64,000 bases of DNA. Source: Clostridia bacterium (GTDB taxonomy: Bacteria > Bacillota > Clostridia > Christensenellales > Aristaeellaceae). Positions within the stretch are counted from its first letter, which is position 1; the number at the start of each line of letters is the position of its first letter. This document shows positions 16,132-24,890 of the stretch, piece by piece. The translations under genes were made by a program, and so were the position numbers. The stretch is from assembly GCA_017476605.1 (NCBI GenBank), contig JAFUZM010000088.1:112-64111 (forward strand), written 5' to 3'. The notes beneath the pieces are model-generated. The model was not told the origin of the DNA and did no database searches. It worked only from the letters and a program-made list of their open reading frames with translations.

Positions 16132-18186
16132 ATGAAAAAATTGTTCCCTGTGCTTGTCCTTGTTTTTGTACTGGTCTGCACATCTGCAATGGCTCAGTCT
16201 GTAACAGGGACGACAACAAATCCCTACGTATATTCAAATACTTCCTCAACAAACCCATATGCAAGTACTGCCGCTTCCAGCGGATTAACATCATCTTCTT
16301 CCAGCTTATCGACGGGAAGCAGTACAACCCAGTCTACAGCGACGAACCCTTATGCTCCATCTGGTGTGTCGAGCAGTTCAAGTACGAGCAGTGCGGTTTC
16401 GGATCCGTATAGCTCTGCCTATTCTACGACGACAACAACGACAGATCCGTACAGCTCTGCGTATTCCACGACAACGACGACGAATCCGTACAGCTCCGCG
16501 TATTCCACGACAACAACAGATCCGTACAGTTCTGCGTATTCCACGTCAACGACAACGGACCCGTACAGCTCCGCGTATTCTACATCAACAACAACGACGG
16601 ACCCATACAGCTCCGCATATTCCACGACAACGACGACGGACCCGTACAGCTCCGCGTATTCTACGACAACGACGACGGATCCGTACAGCTCTGCGTATTC
16701 CACGACAACGACGACGGACCCGTACAGCTCCGCGTATTCCACGACAACGACGACGGACCCGTACAGCTCCGCGTATTCCACGACAACAACAACGACAGAT
16801 CCGTACAGCTCTGCATATTCCACGACAACGACGACGGATCCATACAGCTCCGCGTACTCCACGACTTCAACGACAAATCCGTATAGCTCTGCCTATTCTA
16901 CGACGACAACAACGACAGATCCGTACAGCTCTGCGTATTCCACGACAACGACGACAGATCCGTATAGCTCTGCATATTCCACAACAACGACAGATCCATA
17001 TAGTTCTGCTTACTCTGCCACGAATCCGTACAGCTCTGCATACTCCACAACGACAACAGACCCGTACAGCTCTGTATATTCCACAACAACAGATCCATAT
17101 AGCTCTGCTTATTCAGTAACGAATCCGTATAGCTCTGCTTACTCGACAAACTCAGCGGATCCCTATGCGAGTTCTCAGGCGGCGAACAGCGGAACGTTGA
17201 ATACCGGCTCAACAGCAAATACGTTTTTCCCGTCTTACCCGATTGCGACAACGACTGCAAGCCCTGCAGCCAGCACATCGGAAACCTCTTCTGAGAGTCT
17301 TTCCTCCGATACAACGACAACCAGTTGGTATTCCGGCTTTACAAGTTCAGACAGCGAAGGAACGGATGTCTCCTCCATTAACGGATGGTCAACAGATACA
17401 GCCAATACGTCTGCAGCTGCGGATTTGTCCTCTGATTTAAGCTCAGTTGCCTCTGCGGGAACGCCCGAATATAAGAGCACCCAGAAATTCATGGATTATT
17501 TGGTTGATCAGGGCATTGACTGCACATATCGCGGGAAACGCGATGAAACCTCTGAAATGCTTCAGTCCGTGATTACGGCAAATAATCTCAAACTGAACAT
17601 CATCTCTGTTTTCTCAAGTGAAACGGATTGCGCCATGTACGCCGTTGAGCTCGTCAGTTTCGAAGGCAAGAATCAGTCCCAGGTAAGCGAGTTTGTCGAT
17701 GCATTGAATGCTGAGTATCGCTTTGTTCGCTTCTATACCTCTCCTGATGAGATGATCAATGCCACCCTTGACCTGCTCTTTACCGATTCCACCGTTGAGG
17801 AAATCTGCTTTGATGGTTTCCGCCGACTGGTGAACATCTGTGATGAGGTGTATCCGTCTCTTGCTTTGTCCATCTCTGAGCTTGTAAGTGACAGCGCAGC
17901 TTCCTCCGGTCTTGAACTGACAACGACCTATGCCAGCGGTACGGGGACTACTACGCCGACCTCTACTCCGGAACCGCAGGCAGTCCTCATGAAGGTTAAA
18001 ACGAGACCCGGCGGAACGGTAAATGTTCGTCAGACACCGGATGCCAACGGTCTGCTGGTAGGTACTGTCGATGGAAATACCACACTGGATTGCCTGAGCG
18101 TTGCCAGCAATGGGTGGTATGAGGTCCGCCTTTCCAATGGAATGACCGGATATATTTCCAATAAAAAAGCGTCCGAAGTAAAATGA
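16132..18186 (+). CDS. Secreted Ser/Thr-rich tandem-repeat protein with a central YbjN-like(?) domain and a C-terminal SH3b domain
   Basis: ORF trimmed to ATG 16132 (GGAGG 7 nt upstream), which opens with the signal peptide MKKLFPVLVLVFVLVCTSAMA. About 20 copies of (D/N)PYSSAYSTTTTT. The central FMDYLVDQGIDCTYRG...LNAEYRFVRFYTSPDEMINATLDL is tentatively YbjN-like. The C-terminus VNVRQTPDANGLLVGTVDGNTTLDCLSVASNGWYEVRL..GYISNK is SH3b. Confidence 0.8.
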   Translation: MKKLFPVLVLVFVLVCTSAMAQSVTGTTTNPYVYSNTSSTNPYASTAASSGLTSSSSSLSTGSSTTQSTATNPYAPSGVSSSSSTSSAVSDPYSSAYSTTTTTTDPYSSAYSTTTTTNPYSSAYSTTTTDPYSSAYSTSTTTDPYSSAYSTSTTTTDPYSSAYSTTTTTDPYSSAYSTTTTTDPYSSAYSTTTTTDPYSSAYSTTTTTDPYSSAYSTTTTTTDPYSSAYSTTTTTDPYSSAYSTTSTTNPYSSAYSTTTTTTDPYSSAYSTTTTTDPYSSAYSTTTTDPYSSAYSATNPYSSAYSTTTTDPYSSVYSTTTDPYSSAYSVTNPYSSAYSTNSADPYASSQAANSGTLNTGSTANTFFPSYPIATTTASPAASTSETSSESLSSDTTTTSWYSGFTSSDSEGTDVSSINGWSTDTANTSAAADLSSDLSSVASAGTPEYKSTQKFMDYLVDQGIDCTYRGKRDETSEMLQSVITANNLKLNIISVFSSETDCAMYAVELVSFEGKNQSQVSEFVDALNAEYRFVRFYTSPDEMINATLDLLFTDSTVEEICFDGFRRLVNICDEVYPSLALSISELVSDSAASSGLELTTTYASGTGTTTPTSTPEPQAVLMKVKTRPGGTVNVRQTPDANGLLVGTVDGNTTLDCLSVASNGWYEVRLSNGMTGYISNKKASEVK
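16402..17160 (+). repeat. In-frame tandem repeat, unit mostly 39 nt (30-42 nt), about 20 copies
   Basis: GATCCGTACAGCTC(T/C)GCGTATTCCACGACAACGACGACG is reiterated. Unit-length variation comes from the number of ACN (Thr) codons. The other frames give the spurious ORFs 16352..17119 and 16419..16862. Confidence 0.9.
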
Positions 18187-18252
18187 GTTTTCGCTCAAAT
18201 TGTTAAGAATTGTGACAATTGTTACAAATTTATGAACTTTTTCTCTCACATA

Positions 18253-18281
18253 TTGCTGTTTTCATACGCTTGTGCTATCAT
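18253..18281 (+). promoter_or_regulatory. Orphan sigma-A-like promoter with no downstream ORF
   Basis: TTGCTG-17 nt-TATCAT with a TGc extension (TGCTATCAT). Confidence 0.35.
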
Positions 18282-18287
18282 ATGTTC

Positions 18288-18390
18288 AGACGGCGAGTCC
18301 CGGGTTAATAGAAGAGGCCTGGAGTAAGAATCGTCATCTGCATACAGACTTAAAGCGGTCTCATTCTTTTATTGAATGAGACCGCTTTTC
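18288..18390 (+). ncRNA. Candidate small RNA of about 100 nt (promoter to terminator)
   Basis: It is bounded by the promoter above and the strong terminator at 18352-18390. The only ORF is 8 codons. Internal pairing is possible between CAGACGGCGA and UCGUCAUCUG. Speculative. Confidence 0.25.
18352..18390. terminator. Bidirectional Rho-independent terminator
   Basis: AAAGCGGTCTCATTC-TTTTAT-TGAATGAGACCGCTTT, flanked by T-rich and A-rich tracts. It sits between convergent genes. Confidence 0.65.
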
Positions 18391-18392
18391 CT

Positions 18393-19220
18393 TTATACGC
18401 CAACATTTCCGCTGTGCATTCCCTGATGCTTGCCCTCGTCTTTGATAAGTGACAGGGCGGCTTTAATCTGTGCATCCCAGAAGTCCCAGGAATGACTGCC
18501 ATCTGTTTCACAATAGGTGACGTTATACCCCAGCTGTTTTAAGCTTTGATAGAGTCTTTGATTGGATGTAAGAAGAGAATCCTGCAGGCCACATGCCATA
18601 TAAATTTCCGGCATGATCCCGGCGGCGGCTGTTTCCTTGGCGAGGTGAGAGAGATTATAGGAAGATTCCTTTGCCGCAGCAACATCACCAAAAATCCGCT
18701 TAAAAAAGGAGGGCTGTCTGAAAAACTGAGCATCCATTCCGAGCTGTTCCGGAATCTCTGTCATATCCGCACTTGAAAGCCCGATGATGCGGCCAAATAT
18801 GTCCGGATACTTGAGACCAATGTGAAGCGCACCGTATCCGCCCATGGAGAGTCCGCCAATCATGGTATCCTCCCGTTTATCGGATAATGGGAACAGTCGG
18901 CGAGTGAGATACACGAGATCCTCGGCAATCATTTTTTCGTAATTGGCATGCACATCCGGCTGATCAATATAATATGAATTCTCACCAGCCGGCATAACGA
19001 CTGCAATCTGTTTGTCCTCGGCATACCGGATTAAATTGGTTCGGTACAGCCAGTCATTTTCTGACCCCAAAACCCCGTGCAAAAGGTAGAGCGTCTTGTA
19101 TTTCTTCTCCTCTTTGTCGTAGGTGCCATCCATATTAATCCGATCCGCCGGGAGAAAGACCTTGATGTTGATCGTTCGCATCAAAGCGGCAGAAGAAATC
19201 ATTGCGCTGAGTACAGCCAT
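18393..19220 (-). CDS. Alpha/beta hydrolase, esterase D / tributyrin-esterase-like (Esterase family)
   Basis: 275 aa. YLLHG...; the GGLSMGGYGAL nucleophile elbow (GxSxG); a C-terminal DGSHSWDFW. AGAGGGA lies 7 nt upstream of the ATG. Confidence 0.75.
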   Translation of the reverse strand: MAVLSAMISSAALMRTINIKVFLPADRINMDGTYDKEEKKYKTLYLLHGVLGSENDWLYRTNLIRYAEDKQIAVVMPAGENSYYIDQPDVHANYEKMIAEDLVYLTRRLFPLSDKREDTMIGGLSMGGYGALHIGLKYPDIFGRIIGLSSADMTEIPEQLGMDAQFFRQPSFFKRIFGDVAAAKESSYNLSHLAKETAAAGIMPEIYMACGLQDSLLTSNQRLYQSLKQLGYNVTYCETDGSHSWDFWDAQIKAALSLIKDEGKHQGMHSGNVGV

Positions 19221-19255
19221 AAAAAATCCCTCTTTTCAAAATATTGGAAACAGCC

Positions 19256-19285
19256 TTGACCACAGACTGTTTTTCTCATTATAAT
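19256..19285 (+). promoter_or_regulatory. Sigma-A promoter for the ABC exporter/sda operon
   Basis: TTGACC-18 nt-TATAAT. Confidence 0.5.
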
Positions 19286-19354
19286 AGATGAAGCCGATTA
19301 TTTCAATCGTATTATAAGAACCTGTGTTGTGTATTCAACAGAAAGTGAGACCTT

Positions 19355-21196
19355 ATGGCATCTATGCGTGGCGGTCCAATGGGACGAAATTCTTTTCTTA
19401 CAGAGGAGGAAAAAGCCAATCAGCCAAGCGTTACCCCCGAACTGCTTCGGAGAATTTTCAGCTGGCTAAAGCCCTACTGGAAACAGATGTGTCTGATTCT
19501 GGTATGCATTCTCCTTTCCTCTATTCTCAACCTGTTCCCCTCTATTTTAACCGGAAAGATTATTGATGATGGATTGATCGGCAGAAATCTCTCTGTTCTA
19601 ATTCGCCTGATTCTTTTGTCACTCACGGTTACACTTGGCGCGAATTTTATCGGTGTTGCTGAGAGCTATCTGAATACCTGGATTGCTCAGCATATCACCT
19701 TTGACATGCGAAATAAAATGTATGCACATCTTCAGAGCATGTCGCAGCGTTTCTTTACCTCTGCAAATCAGGGAGATATCATCACCCGCATGACCTCTGA
19801 TATAGATGGTGTCGAGAGAATTATCACAAACACGTTCACATCCATTCTTTCGAATTCCATCACCTTGATCGTTGCAGTGGTCATGATGTTCCAGAGAAAC
19901 TGGATTCTGGCAGTGATTGCCATTGTCATCGTTCCCCTTTTCACCATTCCAACCCGTCAGGCAGGAAAGACCCGCTGGACACTCACTCGTGAGGCCCAGG
20001 AATGCAATGATCAGGTGAACAGCATCCTGAATGAAACCCTCTCCGTTAGCGGACAGCTTCTGGTAAAGCTCTTCGGCAAGGAAAAAGAGGAATATGAAAA
20101 ATATGAATCTGTGAACCATCGCATGATTCGTCTTAACATCCGGGAGAGCATGGCAGGCAGATGGTTCCATGTCATCCTCGTTACCTTCACCTCCATTGGA
20201 CCGATGCTCCTTTACCTTGTGGGCGGCATTCTGATGATGAAATACGACGCTCAGCTGTCGGTAGGTGACATTACGGTCATGGTTGCACTGCTGGGACGCA
20301 TGTATGGTCCGGTCAATCAGTTGCTGAGTTTTCATGTGGAATGGATTCGCTCCATGGCCATGTTCACAAGAATCTTTGAGTATTTTGACATGCCCGTTGA
20401 GATTCAGAATGCGCCGGATGCCATCATTCCCAAAGAGCCTGCAACCGGTAAAGTGACTTTCGATGATGTCCATTTTTCCTACGATTCGGATCGCGAGATC
20501 CTGAAGGGGATCAACTTTACCCTCGAAGGTGGAAAGAGTATTGCCATTGTCGGTCCATCCGGTTCAGGCAAAAGCACGCTCATCAATCTCATTCCCCGTC
20601 TGTATGATGTTTCCTCCGGCTCCGTTACGTTTGACAATGTCGATGTACGGAAACTGGATCTCACATACCTGCGTCAAAATGTGGGTATTGTCTCTCAGGA
20701 GACGTATCTGTTCAATGGAACCATTCGTGAAAACCTCCTTTATGCAAAAGGAGATGCAACGGAAGAGGAATTGATTGAAGCCTGCAAGAAGGCCAACATC
20801 TGGGACTTTGTGGTTAAACAGGAGCACCAGCTGGATACAATTGTCGGAAACCGTGGCCTTAAGCTTTCCGGAGGCGAAAAACAGCGCCTCTCAATTGCCA
20901 GGGTTCTCCTTAAGGATCCTGCCCTGCTGATCTTTGATGAAGCGACATCTTCTCTTGATTCCATTTCAGAAAGCAAGATTCAGGAAGCCATTGACCCGAT
21001 CATTGAATCACGGACAAGCATTCTTATTGCCCATCGTCTCTCTACGATCCTTGCTGCCGATGAGATATTAGTCGTAAAGGACGGTAAAATTGTTGAGCGT
21101 GGCGTTCATGATACACTTGTTAAGGCGGGCGGAATCTATACGGAGCTTTATGAAACCCAGTTCCGCAAAGCGCTTGACCAGGCAAATTCGCATTAA
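19355..21196 (+). CDS. ABC transporter, fused permease/ATPase (type I exporter, MsbA/LmrA-like)
   Basis: 613 aa with a six-TM N-terminal half. Walker A GPSGSGKST, signature LSGGEKQR, Walker B LLIFDEATSSLD, H-loop AHRLST. The exact start is uncertain because the RBS is weak. Confidence 0.85.
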   Translation: MASMRGGPMGRNSFLTEEEKANQPSVTPELLRRIFSWLKPYWKQMCLILVCILLSSILNLFPSILTGKIIDDGLIGRNLSVLIRLILLSLTVTLGANFIGVAESYLNTWIAQHITFDMRNKMYAHLQSMSQRFFTSANQGDIITRMTSDIDGVERIITNTFTSILSNSITLIVAVVMMFQRNWILAVIAIVIVPLFTIPTRQAGKTRWTLTREAQECNDQVNSILNETLSVSGQLLVKLFGKEKEEYEKYESVNHRMIRLNIRESMAGRWFHVILVTFTSIGPMLLYLVGGILMMKYDAQLSVGDITVMVALLGRMYGPVNQLLSFHVEWIRSMAMFTRIFEYFDMPVEIQNAPDAIIPKEPATGKVTFDDVHFSYDSDREILKGINFTLEGGKSIAIVGPSGSGKSTLINLIPRLYDVSSGSVTFDNVDVRKLDLTYLRQNVGIVSQETYLFNGTIRENLLYAKGDATEEELIEACKKANIWDFVVKQEHQLDTIVGNRGLKLSGGEKQRLSIARVLLKDPALLIFDEATSSLDSISESKIQEAIDPIIESRTSILIAHRLSTILAADEILVVKDGKIVERGVHDTLVKAGGIYTELYETQFRKALDQANSH

Positions 21197-21213
21197 TCTT
21201 TTGAGGTTCTTTC

Positions 21214-21882
21214 ATGCAACACTCTGTTTTTGACATCATTGGACCGGTGATGATCGGCCCCTCCAGTTCACACACGGCCGGGGCTGCAAGAATTGGGCGT
21301 ATCGCCCGTCATCTTCTTCATGAGCCTGTACGTGATGCAGAGATTCTTTTCTATGGTTCCTTTTTGGAGACACACAGTGGGCACGGGACAGATCGTGCTC
21401 TGATCGCCGGTCTTCTCGATATGAAGCCGGATGATGAGCGCCTCAGAAACAGCTTTGACTATGCAAAAGACGCCGGACTTTCTTTCCGCTTCGGTGAGGC
21501 ACATTTGCGAGAGGCACACCCGAACACGGTTGTTCTTCATCTTGTAGGAGAGTCAGGACGGACACTTTCGATGCAGGCAGCCTCTGTCGGCGGAGGGAAC
21601 ATCCGTGTTGAGGAACTCAACCATCTTCCGGTTTCCTTTACCGGCGAACAGAACACACTGATTATCCCCCATATTGATCAGCCCGGAAAGATTTCCGCTG
21701 TGACCGCATGCGCTGCACAGTATAACCTGAATATCGGTTCCATGCAGGTTTTTCGTGACCATATTGGCGGGACAGCGGTCATGATCATTGAGACGGACGG
21801 AACTCCGGTTCCACAGATGCTGGACTGGATGCGCGCCCTTCCCGGTGTCAATGACGTTGTCTTCATTCCGAAGGAATCCTAA
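21214..21882 (+). CDS. sdaAB: L-serine dehydratase (iron-sulfur-dependent), beta subunit
   Basis: The N-terminal FDIIGPVMIGPSSSHTAGAARIG signature, and an ACT-like C-terminal half. Confidence 0.85.
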   Translation: MQHSVFDIIGPVMIGPSSSHTAGAARIGRIARHLLHEPVRDAEILFYGSFLETHSGHGTDRALIAGLLDMKPDDERLRNSFDYAKDAGLSFRFGEAHLREAHPNTVVLHLVGESGRTLSMQAASVGGGNIRVEELNHLPVSFTGEQNTLIIPHIDQPGKISAVTACAAQYNLNIGSMQVFRDHIGGTAVMIIETDGTPVPQMLDWMRALPGVNDVVFIPKES

Positions 21883-21896
21883 GTGGAGATGTACCC

Positions 21897-21978
21897 GTCG
21901 GGCAAGCGATGGTTCTGTCACGAAGCATGTACTTGACAGTTGGCAAATCGACAAATCCCAATGTACCTGCAAAGGAGG
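21897..21978 (+). repeat. Dispersed SD-terminal intergenic element, copy D (inside the sdaAB-sdaAA operon)
   Basis: GTCGGGCAAGCGATGGTTCTGTCACGAAGCATGTACTTGACAGTTGGCAAATCGACAAATCCCAATGTACCTGCAAAGGAGG, then N7-ATG of sdaAA. Confidence 0.7.
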
Positions 21979-21985
21979 TATGTGC

Positions 21986-22831
21986 ATGGAGTACCATTCC
22001 ATCCAGGAGCTGGTCACACTTGCCGGCGAAATGCCTATTTCAGATGTCGTTTTGAAATGCGAATCAGAAATCAGCGGAGAAACACCGGATGCGTTGAAAG
22101 ATCGCATGCTCCATCATTTGCAAACCATGTTTCAGTCCATTGAGGCTGGCATGAATCCGGAACTAAAAAGCAATTCCGGATTGGTAGGCGGTCAGGCAAG
22201 TAAATTGGCTCAGGCAACAGATCAGGGACAGATCTTCAGTGATCCGTTTCTTGGACATATGGAAGCCAGAGCGCTTGCGGTTGCGGAGTGCAATGCAAGC
22301 ATGGGAAAAATCGTTGCAGCTCCGACAGCCGGTTCCTGCGGGATACTGCCTTCTGCCCTGTTTACCGCCCAGGAAAAATATGGGTATTCAGAGAAGGTAT
22401 TGGTCAACGCGCTCTTCACTGCTGCCGGAATCGGAGCCGTGATTGCGGATCGTGCAAGCATTTCAGGCGCTGAGGGCGGATGCCAGGCAGAATGCGGTAC
22501 TGCGGCAGCCATGGCAGCCGCAGCACTTACGCAACTGAGAGGTGGAGATGCCAAGGCCTGCGCGAACGCTGTTGCTTTTACGCTGATGAACATGATGGGA
22601 CTTGTATGTGATCCGTTAAACGGACTCGTTGAGATTCCCTGCGTTTACCGGAATGTCTCAGGTGCCGCCAACGCAGCGATAGCAGCGGATATGGCGCTTG
22701 CAGGTCTTGTCTCTGTACTTTCAGCAGATGATCTTATTGATGCTATGGGAAAAGTTGGCCGGATGATGCCGGAAAGTCTAAGAGAAACCGGCAAAGGCGG
22801 ATGTGCGACCTGTCCCATTTCTCCAGCATAA
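21986..22831 (+). CDS. sdaAA: L-serine dehydratase (iron-sulfur-dependent), alpha subunit
   Basis: ORF 21788..22831 trimmed to ATG 21986 (AAGGAGG 7 nt upstream). MEYHSIQELV..., APTAGSCGILP, SGAEGGCQAECG and GLVCDP are typical SdaAA blocks. The ORF's 5' extension reads through the intergenic repeat. Confidence 0.85.
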   Translation: MEYHSIQELVTLAGEMPISDVVLKCESEISGETPDALKDRMLHHLQTMFQSIEAGMNPELKSNSGLVGGQASKLAQATDQGQIFSDPFLGHMEARALAVAECNASMGKIVAAPTAGSCGILPSALFTAQEKYGYSEKVLVNALFTAAGIGAVIADRASISGAEGGCQAECGTAAAMAAAALTQLRGGDAKACANAVAFTLMNMMGLVCDPLNGLVEIPCVYRNVSGAANAAIAADMALAGLVSVLSADDLIDAMGKVGRMMPESLRETGKGGCATCPISPA

Positions 22832-22846
22832 CATCGCTTTAAAAAA

Positions 22847-22878
22847 AGAAGAGGAGATTCTTTTGAATCTCCTCTTCT
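22847..22878. terminator. Bidirectional Rho-independent terminator
   Basis: AGAAGAGGAGATTC-TTTT-GAATCTCCTCTTCT, with an A-tract upstream and TT downstream. It sits between convergent sdaAA and the anti-sigma gene. Confidence 0.6.
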
Positions 22879-22879
22879 T

Positions 22880-24133
22880 TCAGAATTTGCCCTTTCCCAG
22901 CCGTCGTTTCGTGTTCCAGGCAGAAATACGAGGCCATATAAGTTTTCTGAAGATGACAAGTAAGACAACGAAAATGAGTATTCCGGGAATATTTGAGGCA
23001 ACCCACAGGCAAAAGCTTTGTACGCCTTCGACAAAGCTGCTGAGGCCAAGACTAAAGGCGGCGGCCACACGTTCGCCAAAGGACAGTGTTTTGGTTTCGA
23101 CAACATCCTGGCTCTTCTCCTCACGAACGGAAATATCAACGGTAGAATACTGAACATATCGATCCGTTGACTGGAGACTGCCCTTCAGGGAATCAATTTT
23201 GTACTGTGTTTCGGCAATCTGTTCTTCAAGTGAGAGCAGATCTGACAACTTGCTTGTCGTTCCGACAAGGCTTTGAAGGCGCTCCAGGAGCAGCTCCTGA
23301 GTGTGTAAACGCGTTTCCCGATCATGATAGCTTTCGGTTACATCCTCTGCTGTTTCATTTTGGCTGACGACACGTGCCAGACTTGCTGTGCCACGCAAAA
23401 ACTCATCTAGTTTTTCTGCAGGAATCCGCAGTGAAAGTGAAGCACGCTTAAGGCCGGAGGAAGCAGAATCAATGCTTGACTGACCAATCCATCCCCCATT
23501 GCTTATGCACAATGTTCGAATGGATTCGACGCATTCTTCAAATTCTGTTGTTGCCAATGTCATGGATGCGGTCCGAATGATCTTCTTATCACTTAAATTG
23601 GTCAATTCACTCATGTCATTCGAAAGATCTGCAGTGCCAAGACCGGAATCTATTGCAGCAGAATATGCCATGTTGCTTTCAAACATCGCCTCCTCTGCTT
23701 CATAGGCCGATTCATAATCATCGTCATATGCAGAATTATAAAGAGAAGATGTCCTCACCTTGGAATTGCCTGTCATCTGATTTCTGCTGGCGTTTATGTT
23801 CCGGGATGACCAAATTCCACCAATGCCAAGACAGATCACTGCAGCAGCTGCAATTGCAAGGCCGTTGCGCAATCCTCTCTTCCGCTTCTGTTTTCCCGGC
23901 TGCTTCGTCTCACGGATAGCATTCATCCATTTTGTGTGTGCAGATTCTGGCATTTCCGGGACATCTGTATTCTTCATTTCCTCAAGATATGAATGAACTG
24001 TATCGGATGCACTGCGCATCTTTTTGCAATCCAGACAGGTTTCCTCATGTTCATTCATCATTTCGAGAATCGTGTCTGAAGCGTTTTCTGTTTCATATTC
24101 GGAGAGTAATTTCCTGTATTCCTCGCATGTCAT
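22880..24133 (-). CDS. Anti-sigma factor: N-terminal zf-HC2, one TM, extracytoplasmic DUF4349-like domain with C-terminal TM helices
   Basis: MTCEEYRKLLSEY...HEETCLDCKKM is the HxxxCxxC anti-sigma zinc motif. TM segment LAIAAAAVICLGIGGIW. A coiled region (RLHTQELLLERLQSL...EEQIAETQYKIDSLKG) and terminal hydrophobic helices, as in DUF4349. It lies 17 nt downstream of the sigma gene. Confidence 0.7.
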   Translation of the reverse strand: MTCEEYRKLLSEYETENASDTILEMMNEHEETCLDCKKMRSASDTVHSYLEEMKNTDVPEMPESAHTKWMNAIRETKQPGKQKRKRGLRNGLAIAAAAVICLGIGGIWSSRNINASRNQMTGNSKVRTSSLYNSAYDDDYESAYEAEEAMFESNMAYSAAIDSGLGTADLSNDMSELTNLSDKKIIRTASMTLATTEFEECVESIRTLCISNGGWIGQSSIDSASSGLKRASLSLRIPAEKLDEFLRGTASLARVVSQNETAEDVTESYHDRETRLHTQELLLERLQSLVGTTSKLSDLLSLEEQIAETQYKIDSLKGSLQSTDRYVQYSTVDISVREEKSQDVVETKTLSFGERVAAAFSLGLSSFVEGVQSFCLWVASNIPGILIFVVLLVIFRKLIWPRISAWNTKRRLGKGKF

Positions 24134-24150
24134 GAAACTTCCCCCTTTCT

Positions 24151-24726
24151 TTATTGTCCTAAAACGTATTCTCTCATTTTTTCTCTTGCGCGTGCGATGC
24201 GGCTTTTAACGGTTCCGACTGAGACCTCAGTTTCCTCAGAAATCTCCTGATAACTCTTGTCCTCCACCGCATAGAGAATCAGAGAAACACGTTGTTCACT
24301 GCTTAAACGATCCAGCGCAGCTTGAACCGTTTCCATTTCTTCCTTACGGATGATTTGTGTTTCCGGTGTCACAGAATCCTCTTTCTGATGTCCAAGATTA
24401 TCCTCGCTTACATCGGATTCCTGCAGAGCAACGCGTTTTTGTTCTCGATCTATACGCCGCAGCAAGTCTGTGCATGAGTTTATGCCAATCCGATAAAGCC
24501 ATGTTTCAAACGAGGCTTCTCCACGGAATGAGCCAATTTTCTCCCATGCCTTCACCATTGTTGTTTGTAACGCTTCCTCGGCGTCGTGAAGGTTTCCCAT
24601 CATGTGAAAACAGAGTCTCCATATCTTTTTCTCTAATGGTGTAACCAATTGTTCAAATGCTTCCGGATTTCCGTTTACGGCGCGTTTTAACATAAGCTCG
24701 TTTACCAATTGTTTCACCCCTTTCAT
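24151..24726 (-). CDS. ECF-type RNA polymerase sigma-70 factor
   Basis: Region 2 (AFEQLVTPLEKKIWRLCFHMMGN..DAEEALQTTMVKAWEKI..F..WLYRIGINSCTDLLRR) and region 4 (SYQEISEETEVSVGTVKSRIARAREKMR). The start codon is uncertain: ATG 24726 has a weak RBS, and downstream TTG/ATG alternatives exist. Confidence 0.8.
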   Translation of the reverse strand: MKGVKQLVNELMLKRAVNGNPEAFEQLVTPLEKKIWRLCFHMMGNLHDAEEALQTTMVKAWEKIGSFRGEASFETWLYRIGINSCTDLLRRIDREQKRVALQESDVSEDNLGHQKEDSVTPETQIIRKEEMETVQAALDRLSSEQRVSLILYAVEDKSYQEISEETEVSVGTVKSRIARAREKMREYVLGQ

Positions 24727-24777
24727 TTGCGATTCAACCTTTAGACGTAACTGCTCAGCGGATTGTTCCCTTGTTGA

Positions 24778-24805
24778 ATAAAAAAAGGAGGATTTCTCCT
24801 CCTTT
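24778..24805 (-). terminator. Rho-independent terminator after the His/Gly-rich gene, built from the SD-like end of repeat copy E
   Basis: Minus strand reads AAGGAGGA-GAAA-TCCTCCTT followed by TTTTTAT. Confidence 0.6.
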
Positions 24806-24890
24806 GCAGGTACGGTTGTGTTTGAAAGGCTTTCAAGGCAATTCTGCCGGGTACTTTCGTGGATGGAAGAACCATTTACGCGATGCGCGT
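24798..24890 (-). repeat. Dispersed intergenic element, copy E
   Basis: Minus strand reads CGCATCGCGTAAATGGTTCTTCCATCCACGAAAGTACCCGGCAGAATTGCCTTGAAAGCCTTTCAAACACAACCGTACCTGCAAAGGAGG. It shares ATCGCGTA..ATGGTT.T, GGCAGAAT(T/G)GC and GTACCTGCAAAGGAGG with copies B, B', C and D. Confidence 0.65.

Noticed and set aside
16352-17119. ORFs in other frames or strands across the tandem repeat (RTAPRIPRQRRR... 255 aa; YAELYGSVVVVVE... 147 aa; and others).
   Set aside because: They are periodic translations of the same 39-nt repeat. Only the frame starting at 16132 has an SD, a signal peptide and non-repetitive flanking domains.
16402-17160. Regularly spaced direct repeats, considered as a possible CRISPR array.
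   Set aside because: The units are contiguous with no unique spacers between them. They are in-frame coding sequence of a secreted protein, and no cas genes or leader are present.
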